Assembly (NCBI GenBank): GCA_041665005.1
Contig: JBAYJR010000007.1
Coordinates: 3,061 to 67,060 of the forward strand
Source: Candidatus Buchananbacteria bacterium
GTDB taxonomy: Bacteria > Patescibacteriota > Patescibacteriia > 2-01-FULL-39-33 > JBAYJR01
DNA length: 64,000 nt
Direction of reading: 5' to 3'
How positions within the stretch are numbered: the first letter of the stretch is position 1; each line of letters begins with the position of its first letter. Shown here in pieces: positions 37,320 to 47,657 of the stretch. The notes beneath the pieces are model-generated. The model saw nothing but the letters and a program-made list of their open reading frames with translations. It ran no database searches and had not been told where the DNA came from. The position numbers were made by a program, and so were the translations under genes.

Positions 37320-38339
37320 TTAACCCCTTAAATTCTGCTTAAAATATTTTACCCACGGTAATGCTAGGGGATTAACCTGGTTAAGTTCCGACAAGCTTAA
37401 ACTGAGGTAAAAACTAAACAACAGACCCTCCAAAATCTGCTCTAATTTTTGGGAGCTGCTCAGCTGATATTTTAACGAAACAATTTTTTGTTTGGCTAGA
37501 ACTTTTCTCGTTAGTTCTAAGCGATGTCGATTAATTATAGAATAATTAATAGAATCAAAAAATAAAAATTTAAATTTTTTTACTACCACCGGCGGCTGGC
37601 TTAAACCTTCTAAAAGATGATGGTTTAATTCTGGTAACAACAGATAAACAGCAAATTGTTTGGCAATCTCATTAATTTGATTAGCTAGCGCATGAGCATT
37701 GCCTGATAAAAACTCTGAAGCCACTATTACCACCGGCCGGCCGGCTAATTGCTTAGCATATTTTTTAGCAACATAAAAAATTTGTTGACGTCGTTTATAA
37801 ATATCTTCAGCGCTTTGTCTTATTTCTTGGCTAGTTAGCTTGCTTAGTTTAATTTTTTGTAAAAAAACTAGCTGACTAACAAACATTTGGATTACTCCTA
37901 GGTTCGGCAGCAATGAGGGATTTAACTTTTTATTAACCACATAACTTGGCCAATTATTTTGTTGGGCTAAACTGTTTAATTTACCACCACCACTAATGAC
38001 AAAAACCTTGGCCTTTTTTTGTTTGGCTATTCTAGCTGTTGCTAAAACTTCTTGCGTGTTACCAGAGTAACTACAAATAATTATTAAGGTTTTAGCCTTA
38101 ACAAAGCTTGGTAAATAATAATCATTAATTAAATAAAATGGCAGTTTTAGCTGTTCGGCCAACAAGCTTCTTAGAATATGCCCCGCTAGACCAGAACCAC
38201 CCATACCACAAATTACTACCTGTTCAATTTGCCGATAGTAATTAACCGGGATTTTTAAATTTTTAAAATCTTTGATAATTTCTAGAGTTTGTTGAAAAAA
38301 GTTTTCAATACTAAGTTGCGCAATTTGGTAATTATTCAT
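37320..38339 (-). CDS. bifunctional phosphoglucose/phosphomannose isomerase (SIS domain, archaeal type)
   Basis: ICGMGGSGLAG SIS motif; about 340 aa. Confidence 0.65.
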   Translation of the reverse strand: MNNYQIAQLSIENFFQQTLEIIKDFKNLKIPVNYYRQIEQVVICGMGGSGLAGHILRSLLAEQLKLPFYLINDYYLPSFVKAKTLIIICSYSGNTQEVLATARIAKQKKAKVFVISGGGKLNSLAQQNNWPSYVVNKKLNPSLLPNLGVIQMFVSQLVFLQKIKLSKLTSQEIRQSAEDIYKRRQQIFYVAKKYAKQLAGRPVVIVASEFLSGNAHALANQINEIAKQFAVYLLLPELNHHLLEGLSQPPVVVKKFKFLFFDSINYSIINRHRLELTRKVLAKQKIVSLKYQLSSSQKLEQILEGLLFSFYLSLSLSELNQVNPLALPWVKYFKQNLRG

Positions 38340-38482
38340 AAAATTTAAATAGTCTTAATAAAATATTAGCTTAATTTTAACTCTTTTTAGTAAAAATAAC
38401 AAACCCTCAAAGCTTGATTTTTTTAAATAAAATCAGTATAATTAATCAAGATTTTGTTTATTCCTAACCTTTAAACACTTAT

Positions 38483-39235
38483 ATGTCTGGACATAGTAAA
38501 TGGGCTACTACCCATCGCCAAAAAGAGACTACCGATGCCAAAAAAGGAGCAATTTTTACTAAATTAGCCAACCAAATTACTTTAGCAACCCGCGAAGGAG
38601 GGGCTAATCCCGAAAGCAACTTTAAATTGCGTCTAGCCATTGATAAAGCCCGAACCTCTAACATGCCCAACGACAACGTTGCCCGAGCGATTAAGCGTGG
38701 CTCTGGCGAATTGGCTGGACAAAAATTTGAAGAAGCGGTTTATGAACTAATGGCCCCCGAGGGAGTGGCTATTTTACTGGAGGTTTTGACTGATAACAAG
38801 AATCGAATAATGTCTGACATTAAAAAATTAGCTAATGGCCAAGGATTTAAAATTGCTGAAAGTGGCAGTTTGCTCTGGCAATTTAAAAAACAAGGTGTGC
38901 TAACTTTAGATTTAATAAAAAATTTAAAAACTTTTAAAGTCTTGACGGCAGATAAAATTTCCAAAGAAGAGATGGAGTTGGCTCTAATTGACCTAGGGGC
39001 TGAAGATTTTTCTTGGCAAGAAGAAACCCTAACAATTTACACTAAACCAGAAGAACTAGCCAAAACCAAGCAAGCCTTAGAAAGTGCCGGCTATTTAATT
39101 TCCGAAGCAGAGTTAGAGTTGGTCCCTAATAACCCACTACCTATCTCCGAAGAATTAAAAGAAAAATTGAGTCGTTTTTTCGAGCTTGCTGACGAAAATC
39201 CTGAAATAAACAATTTTTACACTAATGCCGCCTAA
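38483..39235 (+). CDS. yebC: YebC/PmpR family DNA-binding transcriptional regulator
   Basis: MSGHSKWATTHRQK N-terminus. Confidence 0.85.
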   Translation: MSGHSKWATTHRQKETTDAKKGAIFTKLANQITLATREGGANPESNFKLRLAIDKARTSNMPNDNVARAIKRGSGELAGQKFEEAVYELMAPEGVAILLEVLTDNKNRIMSDIKKLANGQGFKIAESGSLLWQFKKQGVLTLDLIKNLKTFKVLTADKISKEEMELALIDLGAEDFSWQEETLTIYTKPEELAKTKQALESAGYLISEAELELVPNNPLPISEELKEKLSRFFELADENPEINNFYTNAA

Positions 39236-39713
39236 AGAAAGAATAATTTTAGGTATTGACCCTGGCTTGGCCTTGGTTGGCTATGGTCTAATTAAACAAC
39301 AAGGTCAACAAAACAGCTGTTTGGCTTATGGCTGTATTACAACCGAGATCAAGGATGATTCTTTACGACTAGAACAAATTTATCAAGAGTTACAAGTTTT
39401 AATTACTAAATATCAACCAACTCTGGCAGTAGTGGAAAAACTTTACTTTAGTAAAAATACCAAAACCGCCTTAGCGGTCGCCCAGGCTAGAGGAGTAATC
39501 CTGCTAACCCTCAAAAAAAATAATTTAGCACTAATAGAAATAACGCCCCTAGAGGTTAAACAGGCCTTAACGGGCTATGGTCAGGCTAATAAGGGGCAAA
39601 TTCAAAGAATGGTTAAATTGTTATTAAAACTTGCCGCAATCCCCAAACCAGACGATGCCGCCGATGCTTTGGCTTTAGCTTTATATGGTTCAAATTTTAA
39701 ACAACTAATTTAA
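39225..39713 (+). CDS. ruvC: crossover junction endodeoxyribonuclease RuvC
   Basis: ILGIDPGLALVGYGL. Confidence 0.85.
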   Translation: MPPKERIILGIDPGLALVGYGLIKQQGQQNSCLAYGCITTEIKDDSLRLEQIYQELQVLITKYQPTLAVVEKLYFSKNTKTALAVAQARGVILLTLKKNNLALIEITPLEVKQALTGYGQANKGQIQRMVKLLLKLAAIPKPDDAADALALALYGSNFKQLI

Positions 39714-39717
39714 ACTT

Positions 39718-42252
39718 GTGCCTATTCCTTTTTTAAAAATAAAAAGTTCCACTCCAAGAAACAGCCAAACAATTAAAACAGCTCCTAGAAAACTTAGTTT
39801 TAATAGATCTTTTTTGTTTAAAAAATTATTGCCAATAATTACTTCGATCATTGTAATTGGTTTTTTCTTAGTAATTGCGTTGTTTTTCTATCTCAACAGC
39901 CAATTACCGAGCCCCGAGGGTGTTATTAACCGCCAAACCTCAAATAGTACCACTATCTATGACAAGACCGGTAAAATAGTGCTTTATAGCGTCCACGGAG
40001 GCATTAAACGTATTCCTATCAAACTAACCGACTTACCAGATTATGTTAAATGGGCTTCTATTACCATCGAAGATAAAAACTTCTATCAACACCAGGGAAT
40101 AGACTTAAAAGGAACCCTACGAGCAATTGTTGTGGATATTATTAGTGGCAATAAAGCCCAAGGTGGTTCTTCAATTACTCAGCAATTTATTAAAAACGCG
40201 GTACTAACTTCTGACAAATCCTTTATCCGCAAATTTAAGGAGTGGATTTTGGCTTATCAATTTGAAAAAAAATTCAATAAGGAACAAATTTTAGAGATGT
40301 ACTTTAATGAAATACCTTATGGCTCCGTGGTTTATGGTGTTGAAGCCGCCGCTCAAACATTTTTTAACAAAAGCGCTAAAGATCTAACGGTTTTAGAAGG
40401 CGCCACTTTAGCCGCCTTAGTTCAACGACCAACCTATTTTTCTCCTTATGGTAATAATCGTGAAGAATTAATCAATCGAGCTAAATATATTATTGACCAA
40501 ATGGTAATTAATGGTCATTTGACTAAAACTGACGCCACACAAGCAAAAAAACAGGTATTAAAATTCAAGCCGCGAGAAGAAAATATTTTAGCTCCTCATT
40601 TTGTTATTTACATCAAAGAATTACTAGCTAAAAAATATGGAGAAAACTTTATTGAACAAGAAGGCTTAAAAGTTTACACTACCTTAGATTGGGATTTACA
40701 ACAAAAAGCGGAAAAAATTTTAGCGGAACAAGTAGCTAAAAATACTAAAGACTGGCAAGCCTCTAACGCTTCTTTGGTGGCCTTAGATGCTAAGACCGGA
40801 CAGATTTTGGCTATGGTTGGTTCAGCTGATTATTTTAATGAAAAAATCGACGGCCAAGTTAACGTTGCTTTAAAACCTCGACAACCTGGCTCTTCCTTTA
40901 AGCCAATTGTTTATACTGCAGCCTTTAAAAAAGGTTATACTCTTAATACCGTTTTATTTGATTTGGTTACTAAATTTTTAAATACCGACGGTCAAGACTA
41001 TACCCCACATAATTACGACGGAAAAGAACATGGTCCGGTAACCATCAAACAAGCTTTGGCTGGTTCTTTAAATATCCCGGCCGTTAAAACCATCTACTTA
41101 ACTGGAATTGATAATGTTTTAAATCTGGCCGATGAATTAGGCTATACTACTTTAAAAGATCGTTCGCGCTTTGGCTTGTCTTTGGTTTTGGGCGGTGGCG
41201 AGGTAACTTTATTAGAGCACACTCAAGCCTTTTCGGTCCTAGCTCAAGAAGGTTTATTCCACCCTACCGCGCCGATTCTAAAAATTACCGATAAGCAAGG
41301 TCGAGTTTTGGAAGAATATCAAAAAATCGAAAAAAGTGTTCTAGACCCAGAGATAGCCAGACAAACCACTGATATTTTAGCCGATAATTCTGCTCGCGCC
41401 TATATCTTTGGCGAAAAAAATTATTTAACCTTAGCCGATCGACCAGTCGCTGCCAAAACCGGTACCACGAATAATTTTCGTGACGCCTGGACAATTGGCT
41501 ACACCCCAAGTTATGTTGTGGGGGTTTGGGTTGGTAACAGCGATAACCAAGAAATGAAAGCCGGGGCTGATGGCTCTAAAATTGCCGCACCAATTTGGCA
41601 AAAAACAATGACTGAGTTAGTAAAAAACACGACAATTGAGCCTTTTACCTCTTCAACCCCAATTATTACTAATAAACCTGTACTCGATGGACAAATTGGC
41701 GTTAGTGAAATAGTAAAAATTGACAAAGCCTCAAAAAAATTAGCCACTGAATTAACTCCCGTCTCTTTTATTGAAGAAAAAAAATACCAAGAAGTACATG
41801 ATATTTTGTACTACGTGAACAAAGATGATCCTCGAGGCGCCCAACCGAGTAATCCTACCGACGATCCCCAATATTTACGTTGGGAAGAGCCAGTGCAAAA
41901 CTGGGCTAACCAACAAAATTATTTAACCAATGGCGAACAATCACCAACACAACTTGACGATTTACACACTCTTGCCAACCAGCCAAGCCTAGAAATTATT
42001 AACCCCACCAGCAATAGTACTATTAAGGATGATTATTTAAACATCCAACTTAATACCTCTGCTCCTCGAGGAATCTATCGTTTAGAATTTTATTTAGATA
42101 ATACTCTAGTTAAAACTTATAATGGACTAATTAACAACCAACAACTCAATCTAACAAACTTAGTTAATAATTTTCATACCTTAAAAATTAAAAGCTTTGA
42201 TGATATTGATAATTCTAAAGAGGTTAGTGTTGATTTTAATTTACTCCGGTAA
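39718..42252 (+). CDS. penicillin-binding protein 1A (transglycosylase/transpeptidase) with C-terminal extension; GTG start
   Basis: GT51 motifs (EDKNFYQHQGID, GGSSITQQ) and a transpeptidase SSFKP motif. Confidence 0.85.
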   Translation: MPIPFLKIKSSTPRNSQTIKTAPRKLSFNRSFLFKKLLPIITSIIVIGFFLVIALFFYLNSQLPSPEGVINRQTSNSTTIYDKTGKIVLYSVHGGIKRIPIKLTDLPDYVKWASITIEDKNFYQHQGIDLKGTLRAIVVDIISGNKAQGGSSITQQFIKNAVLTSDKSFIRKFKEWILAYQFEKKFNKEQILEMYFNEIPYGSVVYGVEAAAQTFFNKSAKDLTVLEGATLAALVQRPTYFSPYGNNREELINRAKYIIDQMVINGHLTKTDATQAKKQVLKFKPREENILAPHFVIYIKELLAKKYGENFIEQEGLKVYTTLDWDLQQKAEKILAEQVAKNTKDWQASNASLVALDAKTGQILAMVGSADYFNEKIDGQVNVALKPRQPGSSFKPIVYTAAFKKGYTLNTVLFDLVTKFLNTDGQDYTPHNYDGKEHGPVTIKQALAGSLNIPAVKTIYLTGIDNVLNLADELGYTTLKDRSRFGLSLVLGGGEVTLLEHTQAFSVLAQEGLFHPTAPILKITDKQGRVLEEYQKIEKSVLDPEIARQTTDILADNSARAYIFGEKNYLTLADRPVAAKTGTTNNFRDAWTIGYTPSYVVGVWVGNSDNQEMKAGADGSKIAAPIWQKTMTELVKNTTIEPFTSSTPIITNKPVLDGQIGVSEIVKIDKASKKLATELTPVSFIEEKKYQEVHDILYYVNKDDPRGAQPSNPTDDPQYLRWEEPVQNWANQQNYLTNGEQSPTQLDDLHTLANQPSLEIINPTSNSTIKDDYLNIQLNTSAPRGIYRLEFYLDNTLVKTYNGLINNQQLNLTNLVNNFHTLKIKSFDDIDNSKEVSVDFNLLR

Positions 42253-42267
42253 AAAAGTAACTATAAA

Positions 42268-42295
42268 AAAATCCCCACTCGGTGGGGATTTTTTA
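42268..42295. terminator. bidirectional terminator between PBP1A and dnaN (atccccac/gtggggat)
   Basis: An 8-bp stem flanked by A7 and T6. Confidence 0.55.
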
Positions 42296-42300
42296 GCCCT

Positions 42301-43437
42301 TTATTGTTTAATTGGCATTACTATATATAAATATTCCTTGCCTTTGCGGGGTTTTATTGCTATTGGATTAACTGGTTCATTAATTTCGATAACCACCTGA
42401 TTAGTATTTAAACTCTGTAACCCGTCTAAAACGTAACGAAAATTAACTACTACATTATTATCCTCACCATTTATTTCCGACAAAATATTGGTGGTGTTTT
42501 CTCCCGTTTGAGTGTTGCTGGCCGAAATTACCGTCTCTTTGTTTGTTTTATTAAATTCTAGTTTAATGTCATAAATTCCTGATTTAGTAAACAAACTTAC
42601 GGCCTTTACTTTTTTTATTAACTCATTAGTTTCAATTACTACTTGGGTTTTGTAGGTTTGTGGAATAATCTGTTTGTAATCTGGGTATTGACCTTCAATA
42701 ATCCGTGAAACTAAATCAATATTATTATAAGAAAAAAGAATTTGATTTTCGGTTAAATAAATCTCTAAATTATTATTTTCTTCAACCAACACTTCATCTT
42801 TTAAAATCGATAAAATTCGAGCTAGCTCTTGCAGGGTTTTAGTTGGTACGATTACTGTTTGCTCTTGTTCACCACCACTTTTAGTTAAACTTATTTTTCT
42901 TTCCGCTAAACGATAACTATCGGTAGCCGCTAAAGTTATTTTTTTCTCTTGGGGGTTAAAGTTTAAATAAACCCCGGAAATTTCTGGACGAGTTTCAGCT
43001 AAAGAAACAGCAAAAATAACATCCGCTACTGCTTCTCTAAAATCGCTAACTTGGCAAATAAACGGGGTGGTTTTGGTAATTTGGGGGATTAAAGGAAATT
43101 CGGTCGCCGGCAAGCCTTTTATTTTAGTTTTATAATTTTTAGCCTCAATTTGTAGAGAAGTGTCTTTTAAAGTCAAATCAATTTTATCATTTGGTAAAAG
43201 GGATAAAAAATCAGAAAATAATTTAGCGTCAACAGTAAATTCACCTTCTTGCTCAATTTTGGCTCGCACTAAACAAGAAACGCCTATTTCTAAATTAGTG
43301 CTAATTAGCTTTAAATTTTTATCCTCTATTTTTAATAAAACATTAGATAAAATTGGTAGGTTGGTATTTTTAGTAGCTAGATGACTAACTACTTGTAAAC
43401 CTTGATAAAGATTTTCTTGAATGCAGGAAAATTTCAT
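42301..43437 (-). CDS. dnaN: DNA polymerase III beta sliding clamp
   Basis: MKFSCIQENL...LPILSNVLL. Confidence 0.9.
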   Translation of the reverse strand: MKFSCIQENLYQGLQVVSHLATKNTNLPILSNVLLKIEDKNLKLISTNLEIGVSCLVRAKIEQEGEFTVDAKLFSDFLSLLPNDKIDLTLKDTSLQIEAKNYKTKIKGLPATEFPLIPQITKTTPFICQVSDFREAVADVIFAVSLAETRPEISGVYLNFNPQEKKITLAATDSYRLAERKISLTKSGGEQEQTVIVPTKTLQELARILSILKDEVLVEENNNLEIYLTENQILFSYNNIDLVSRIIEGQYPDYKQIIPQTYKTQVVIETNELIKKVKAVSLFTKSGIYDIKLEFNKTNKETVISASNTQTGENTTNILSEINGEDNNVVVNFRYVLDGLQSLNTNQVVIEINEPVNPIAIKPRKGKEYLYIVMPIKQ

Positions 43438-43673
43438 ATTATTATAATTAAATTAAGTAATAAATAAATATAGTAATAGTAATAAGCGGTGGGGATATGT
43501 GTAAAACTTTTTTTAAGCAGTAACGACGGAACTAAAAACGAAAAGGGTAAGGGGAAAAGTGTTTGATAGTTTAGGGGAATAAATGTTTTTTAAAAACTTT
43601 TTTTAAAAAAATAATTTTTTTATTTTTTTATACTCTGTTAAAACACTAGATATCAACAAGGGGGTGGGGAAAA

Positions 43674-45032
43674 CTAAATATTATATAATCGCTGCTTGAT
43701 CAGATTAACATCTTGAGCTAGTTTAGCATCATTATCTATTCCTAAATGAATTTTTTCATAAGCATGGATGGCAGTAGTGTGGTCGCGACCACCAAATTCT
43801 AAACCAATTGAAGGATAGGAAGTTTTTAATTCCTCGCGCATTAGATACATAGCAATTTGTCGGGGCCCGGCTAGGTGTTTTTTTCGAGAAGGACTGTTTA
43901 GATCTTCTAGTTTTAAATCAAAGTACTCGGCCACGGTGGAAATTATTTTTTTGGTGGTTAAGGATTTTTTGGGGGAGGCTGAAGCAATGGTACTGAGAAT
44001 TGGTTTAATTGTTTCTAGGGTTGGTTCCAGGTTATTCAATTGATGATAGGCAATAATACGGTTAAGCGCACCTTCTAGTTCTCGGATGTTGTTTTGAATG
44101 ATATTAGCCACATAATTAATAATTTCTGAGGACAAGAGGTAGTTTTTTTCTCGGCATTTACTATCTAAAATGGCAATTCTAGTTTCTAAATTAGGGGAAT
44201 TTACGTCAGCAATCATACCCCATTCAAAGCGAGAAACCAGACGATGTTCAAGAGATTGAATGGCTTTGGGGGGGCGATCAGAAGAAATAATGATTTGTTT
44301 GTTAATTTGGTGTAAGGCGTTAAAGGTATGAAAGAATTCTTCTTGTGTACCTTCTTTACCAGCGAGAAATTGAATGTCATCAATTAACAAAACGTCAACG
44401 TTGCGATATTTTTCTTTAAAACTTTCAGCTCGGCCTTGTGAAATAGCATTAATAAAGTCATTGGTGAATTTTTCACAAGAAACATAAAGAATTTTTTTAG
44501 TTGGAAATTTTTTTAAAATTTCGTTACTAATGGCGTGTAGTAAATGAGTTTTGCCTAAGCCTACTCCGCCATAAATAAATAGCGGATTGTAGGTTTCGCC
44601 CGGCTTTTGTGTTACCGCTTGCGCGGCGGCCGCGGCTAATTCATTATTTTTACCGATAATAAAGCTAGCAAAGGTATATTTGGCGCTAATGCCAAATTGG
44701 TTAATTGGTTCGGGTTTGTCGGCTTTAATAACAACCTGATTTAAAGCCTGCTCTTTAACAATTGGTGTTAAAATAGCTTCCCGTAAAAGTTCTATTTTAT
44801 AGACAACACTTTTTATTTCGTTATTACTAACATTTTTTAAAGATTTTAAAATGTGGGGGTGGTATTTTTTCTCAAACCAAGCCTTAGTAAAGGCATTTGG
44901 TACCGCGACGGTAAGGTGTCCGGTTTCATTACTGATTATAAAAGTGTTTTTAAACCAGGTAGTAAAACTGGCTTTTGATAGAGAAAGTTCTAGTTCTCCT
45001 AAGGCGGCTTGCCAAAGTTGTTGGTTGTTCAT
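43674..45032 (-). CDS. dnaA: chromosomal replication initiator DnaA
   Basis: AAA+ GGVGLGKTHLL and a C-terminal DNA-binding domain. Confidence 0.9.
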   Translation of the reverse strand: MNNQQLWQAALGELELSLSKASFTTWFKNTFIISNETGHLTVAVPNAFTKAWFEKKYHPHILKSLKNVSNNEIKSVVYKIELLREAILTPIVKEQALNQVVIKADKPEPINQFGISAKYTFASFIIGKNNELAAAAAQAVTQKPGETYNPLFIYGGVGLGKTHLLHAISNEILKKFPTKKILYVSCEKFTNDFINAISQGRAESFKEKYRNVDVLLIDDIQFLAGKEGTQEEFFHTFNALHQINKQIIISSDRPPKAIQSLEHRLVSRFEWGMIADVNSPNLETRIAILDSKCREKNYLLSSEIINYVANIIQNNIRELEGALNRIIAYHQLNNLEPTLETIKPILSTIASASPKKSLTTKKIISTVAEYFDLKLEDLNSPSRKKHLAGPRQIAMYLMREELKTSYPSIGLEFGGRDHTTAIHAYEKIHLGIDNDAKLAQDVNLIKQRLYNI

Positions 45033-45059
45033 AATTTTTTCTGGCTGTGAATTATTTTA

Positions 45060-45210
45060 TTTTTATTCTAGTGCTAATATTTTAGCACAGAAGTTAAATT
45101 GTCCACAGGGCTGGTCAAAGAGGATAAATTGTGGACAAAGGGTTAATAAAATCTAATTAAAATATAAAACCTCGTTGACAAAATTGTAATTTTCTTATAT
45201 TATTAAGGTT
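45060..45210. other. oriC-like region: inverted DnaA boxes TTGTCCACA (45099-45107) and TGTGGACAA (45130-45138), palindrome gtgctaa-tat-ttagcac, rpmH promoter
   Basis: Boxes differ at one position from TTATCCACA. The classic rpmH/dnaA divergent location. Confidence 0.5.
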
Positions 45211-45232
45211 ATAAAAGTTAAATTATATTTCT

Positions 45233-45370
45233 ATGCCCAAAAGAACTTATCAGCCAAAAAAGAGACGTCGCGCCAAAAGACACGGTTTTCGCGAACGAAT
45301 GTTTACTAAGACCGGCCGTCGCGTGTTGAAGTCTCGTCGTGCCAAAGGTCGCAAAAGCCTAACTGTTTAA
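45233..45370 (+). CDS. rpmH: 50S ribosomal protein L34
   Basis: [20 protein letters not shown]... translated by hand (45 aa); below the ORF-track cutoff. Confidence 0.85.
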   Translation: MPKRTYQPKKRRRAKRHGFRERMFTKTGRRVLKSRRAKGRKSLTV

Positions 45371-45372
45371 TT

Positions 45373-45714
45373 ATGATTAGGCGCGCTAATCGCCTGCATC
45401 TTAGCCAAGATATTGCCCGGGTTTTGCGTTATGGCAAAAGTTCGGTTAATTCTAGCTTAACCCTAAAAGTTCTAGCTAATCAGCAAGCACAAGCTCGTTT
45501 TACGATAATTATTTCAACTAAGGTTTCTAAAAAAGCGGTGGTGCGTAACAAAATCAAAAGATGGTTACGGGAGGTAATAAAACAAGAAATGGAATTATTG
45601 AAATCAGCTAATGATTTAGTAATTATTGTTAAGCCAGGCATTAAAGAGCTAAAAGATTATTTGGCAGTTAAGGAAGTGGTAATTGAAGTTTTGGCCAAAG
45701 CTAAACTATTATGA
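45373..45714 (+). CDS. rnpA: ribonuclease P protein component
   Basis: Positioned after rpmH; a basic 113-aa protein. Confidence 0.8.
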   Translation: MIRRANRLHLSQDIARVLRYGKSSVNSSLTLKVLANQQAQARFTIIISTKVSKKAVVRNKIKRWLREVIKQEMELLKSANDLVIIVKPGIKELKDYLAVKEVVIEVLAKAKLL

Positions 45715-45962
45715 AGAATTTTAATCAAGTACTAGTTTATTTTTCTTTAAAATTAATTGAGTTTTATCAAAAAACCTTGTCTGGCGATCACGGGGTGTTG
45801 AAGTTTTTGTTTCCTTTTGGGGTTTGTCGTTTTCGTCCAACCTGTTCGGAATACGCCAGCCAGGCGTTAATAAAGTATGGTTTTTGGTGGGGTTGGTCTA
45901 AGGCTTTTGGTAGAATTTTGCGTTGTAATCCTTTTAGTCAGGGCGGTTGGGATGCCCCTTAA
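45711..45962 (+). CDS. yidD: membrane protein insertion efficiency factor YidD
   Basis: CRFRPTCSEYA motif. Confidence 0.85.
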   Translation: MKNFNQVLVYFSLKLIEFYQKTLSGDHGVLKFLFPFGVCRFRPTCSEYASQALIKYGFWWGWSKAFGRILRCNPFSQGGWDAP

Positions 45963-45972
45963 TTATTTATTT

Positions 45973-46707
45973 ATGATTAGTGAGCTATTTTTTGCAGTTT
46001 TTTATCAACCGATGTTTAATTTGTTGGTATTTTTTTATAATATAATTGGTAAAGATTTGGGTTTGGCGATTATTTTAATCACTATTTTATTAAAAATAAT
46101 CACTTATCCTTTAAATAGTCGAGCGCTTAAATCACAAAAGGCCCTGCAACAAATTCAGCCAAAAATCAATGAGTTGAAGGTCAAGCATAAAGGAGATAGT
46201 ACGGGCTTGTCGCAGGCGATTATGGGGTTGTATAAGGAAGAAAAAGTAAACCCCGCCTCTTCTTGTTTGCCTTTATTAATTCAATTACCATTTTTAATTG
46301 CCATTTATCGGGTGTTTAGTTTTGGCATTACCAAAGTTGATAGTTTAAAAGATTTATATTCTTTTGTTCATAATCCCGGGATCTTGCAAAACGTTAGTTT
46401 TGGTTTTTTGGATCTAGCACAAAGAAACGTTGTCTTAGCGATTTTGGCCGCAGCCGCTACTTTTTGGCAAGTCAAAATGTTGCCCCAACCCAAACCAGCG
46501 AATATTAATGGATCAAAAGACGAGGATATGGCAGCGATGATGAATAAGCAGATGGTTTATTTAATGCCAGCTATGACTTTATTTATTGCAATTTCTTTAC
46601 CGGCGGGGCTTTCTTTATATTGGTTGGTTATGACTTTGCTGCAGGTAGCGCAACAGTGGTATGTCTTTAAAAAACAAGAAAACACTACCACGGCGGTAGT
46701 TAAATAA
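45973..46707 (+). CDS. yidC: membrane protein insertase YidC/Oxa1 (short form)
   Basis: The start is placed at MISELFF, after the yidD stop. Conserved TM pattern. Confidence 0.8.
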   Translation: MISELFFAVFYQPMFNLLVFFYNIIGKDLGLAIILITILLKIITYPLNSRALKSQKALQQIQPKINELKVKHKGDSTGLSQAIMGLYKEEKVNPASSCLPLLIQLPFLIAIYRVFSFGITKVDSLKDLYSFVHNPGILQNVSFGFLDLAQRNVVLAILAAAATFWQVKMLPQPKPANINGSKDEDMAAMMNKQMVYLMPAMTLFIAISLPAGLSLYWLVMTLLQVAQQWYVFKKQENTTTAVVK

Positions 46708-46709
46708 AT

Positions 46710-46991
46710 ATGTTAGCAACTAAGGAGATAATTGGCTTACCGGTTTATACGCAAACTCGCCAATACTTAGGTCGGGTAATTAAAATAATTTTAGACCAAC
46801 AGACACAAACGCCTCAGCAATATGTAGTTAGAAAAACTGGCTGGCTAAAAACATTAGTTAAAAATTCGTTAATTATCAACCAACAACAAGTGGTTTCCAT
46901 TACCTCTGAAGAAATGATCGTGGTTGATACTACTACGCCGATTCCGGTGGCAACCGAGATTAAGTTGGCTTCAGAATCTTTTGCTAAATAG
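46710..46991 (+). CDS. PRC-barrel domain protein (YlmC/YmxH-like)
   Basis: IIGLPVYTQTRQYLGRVIKIILD pattern. Confidence 0.45.
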   Translation: MLATKEIIGLPVYTQTRQYLGRVIKIILDQQTQTPQQYVVRKTGWLKTLVKNSLIINQQQVVSITSEEMIVVDTTTPIPVATEIKLASESFAK

Positions 46992-47002
46992 TAAAATTAA
47001 AA

Positions 47003-47024
47003 ACGTCCCTTTAGGGACGTTTTT
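47003..47024 (+). terminator. intrinsic terminator (acgtccc/gggacgt + T4)
   Basis: A 7-bp stem. Confidence 0.5.
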
Positions 47025-47058
47025 GGTTGGCTATTTTTCTTGGTTTGTGTTGGAATTG

Positions 47059-47640
47059 TCATTTGGTCTTTACAATATAATCTACTAAACCATATTTTAC
47101 AGCTTCTTCGGCAGTCATCCAAAAATCTCGGTCAGTGTCATTCTCAATTTTTTTTAAGGGTTGGCCAGTTTGCTTGGCTAAAATTTTATTAAGACGATCT
47201 TTGAGTTTTAAAATGTGTCTAGCAGAAATATCTACATCTTTGGCTTGTCCTTCAGCTCCGCCCATTACTTGATGAATTAATACTTCGGAATTAGGTAAAA
47301 TAAAACGCTTACCTTTTTGACCGGCTGATAGTAAAACCGCGCCCATACTTGAGGCCATGCCAACGCCAATAGTAGAGACGTCCGCCTTGAGGTGTTGTAT
47401 AGTGTCGTAAATTGCCAAGCCGGCCGAAACGGAACCGCCTGGAGAATTGATATAAAGTTTAATATCTTTTTTGGTATCTTCATTGTCCAAAAACAACAAT
47501 TGAGCCACAATAATATTAGCCAAATTATCATCAATTGGTCCGCTTAGCATAATGATACGATCTTTAAGTAAGCGCGAATAAATATCATAAGCGCGTTCAC
47601 CAGATTGAGATTTCTCGATTACAGTTGGGATTAAGTACAT
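47059..47640 (-). CDS. clpP: ATP-dependent Clp protease proteolytic subunit
   Basis: [13 protein letters not shown] and MASSMGA motifs with the catalytic Ser. Confidence 0.9.
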   Translation of the reverse strand: MYLIPTVIEKSQSGERAYDIYSRLLKDRIIMLSGPIDDNLANIIVAQLLFLDNEDTKKDIKLYINSPGGSVSAGLAIYDTIQHLKADVSTIGVGMASSMGAVLLSAGQKGKRFILPNSEVLIHQVMGGAEGQAKDVDISARHILKLKDRLNKILAKQTGQPLKKIENDTDRDFWMTAEEAVKYGLVDYIVKTK

Positions 47641-47657
47641 AGTTTTTGGTTAATTTT

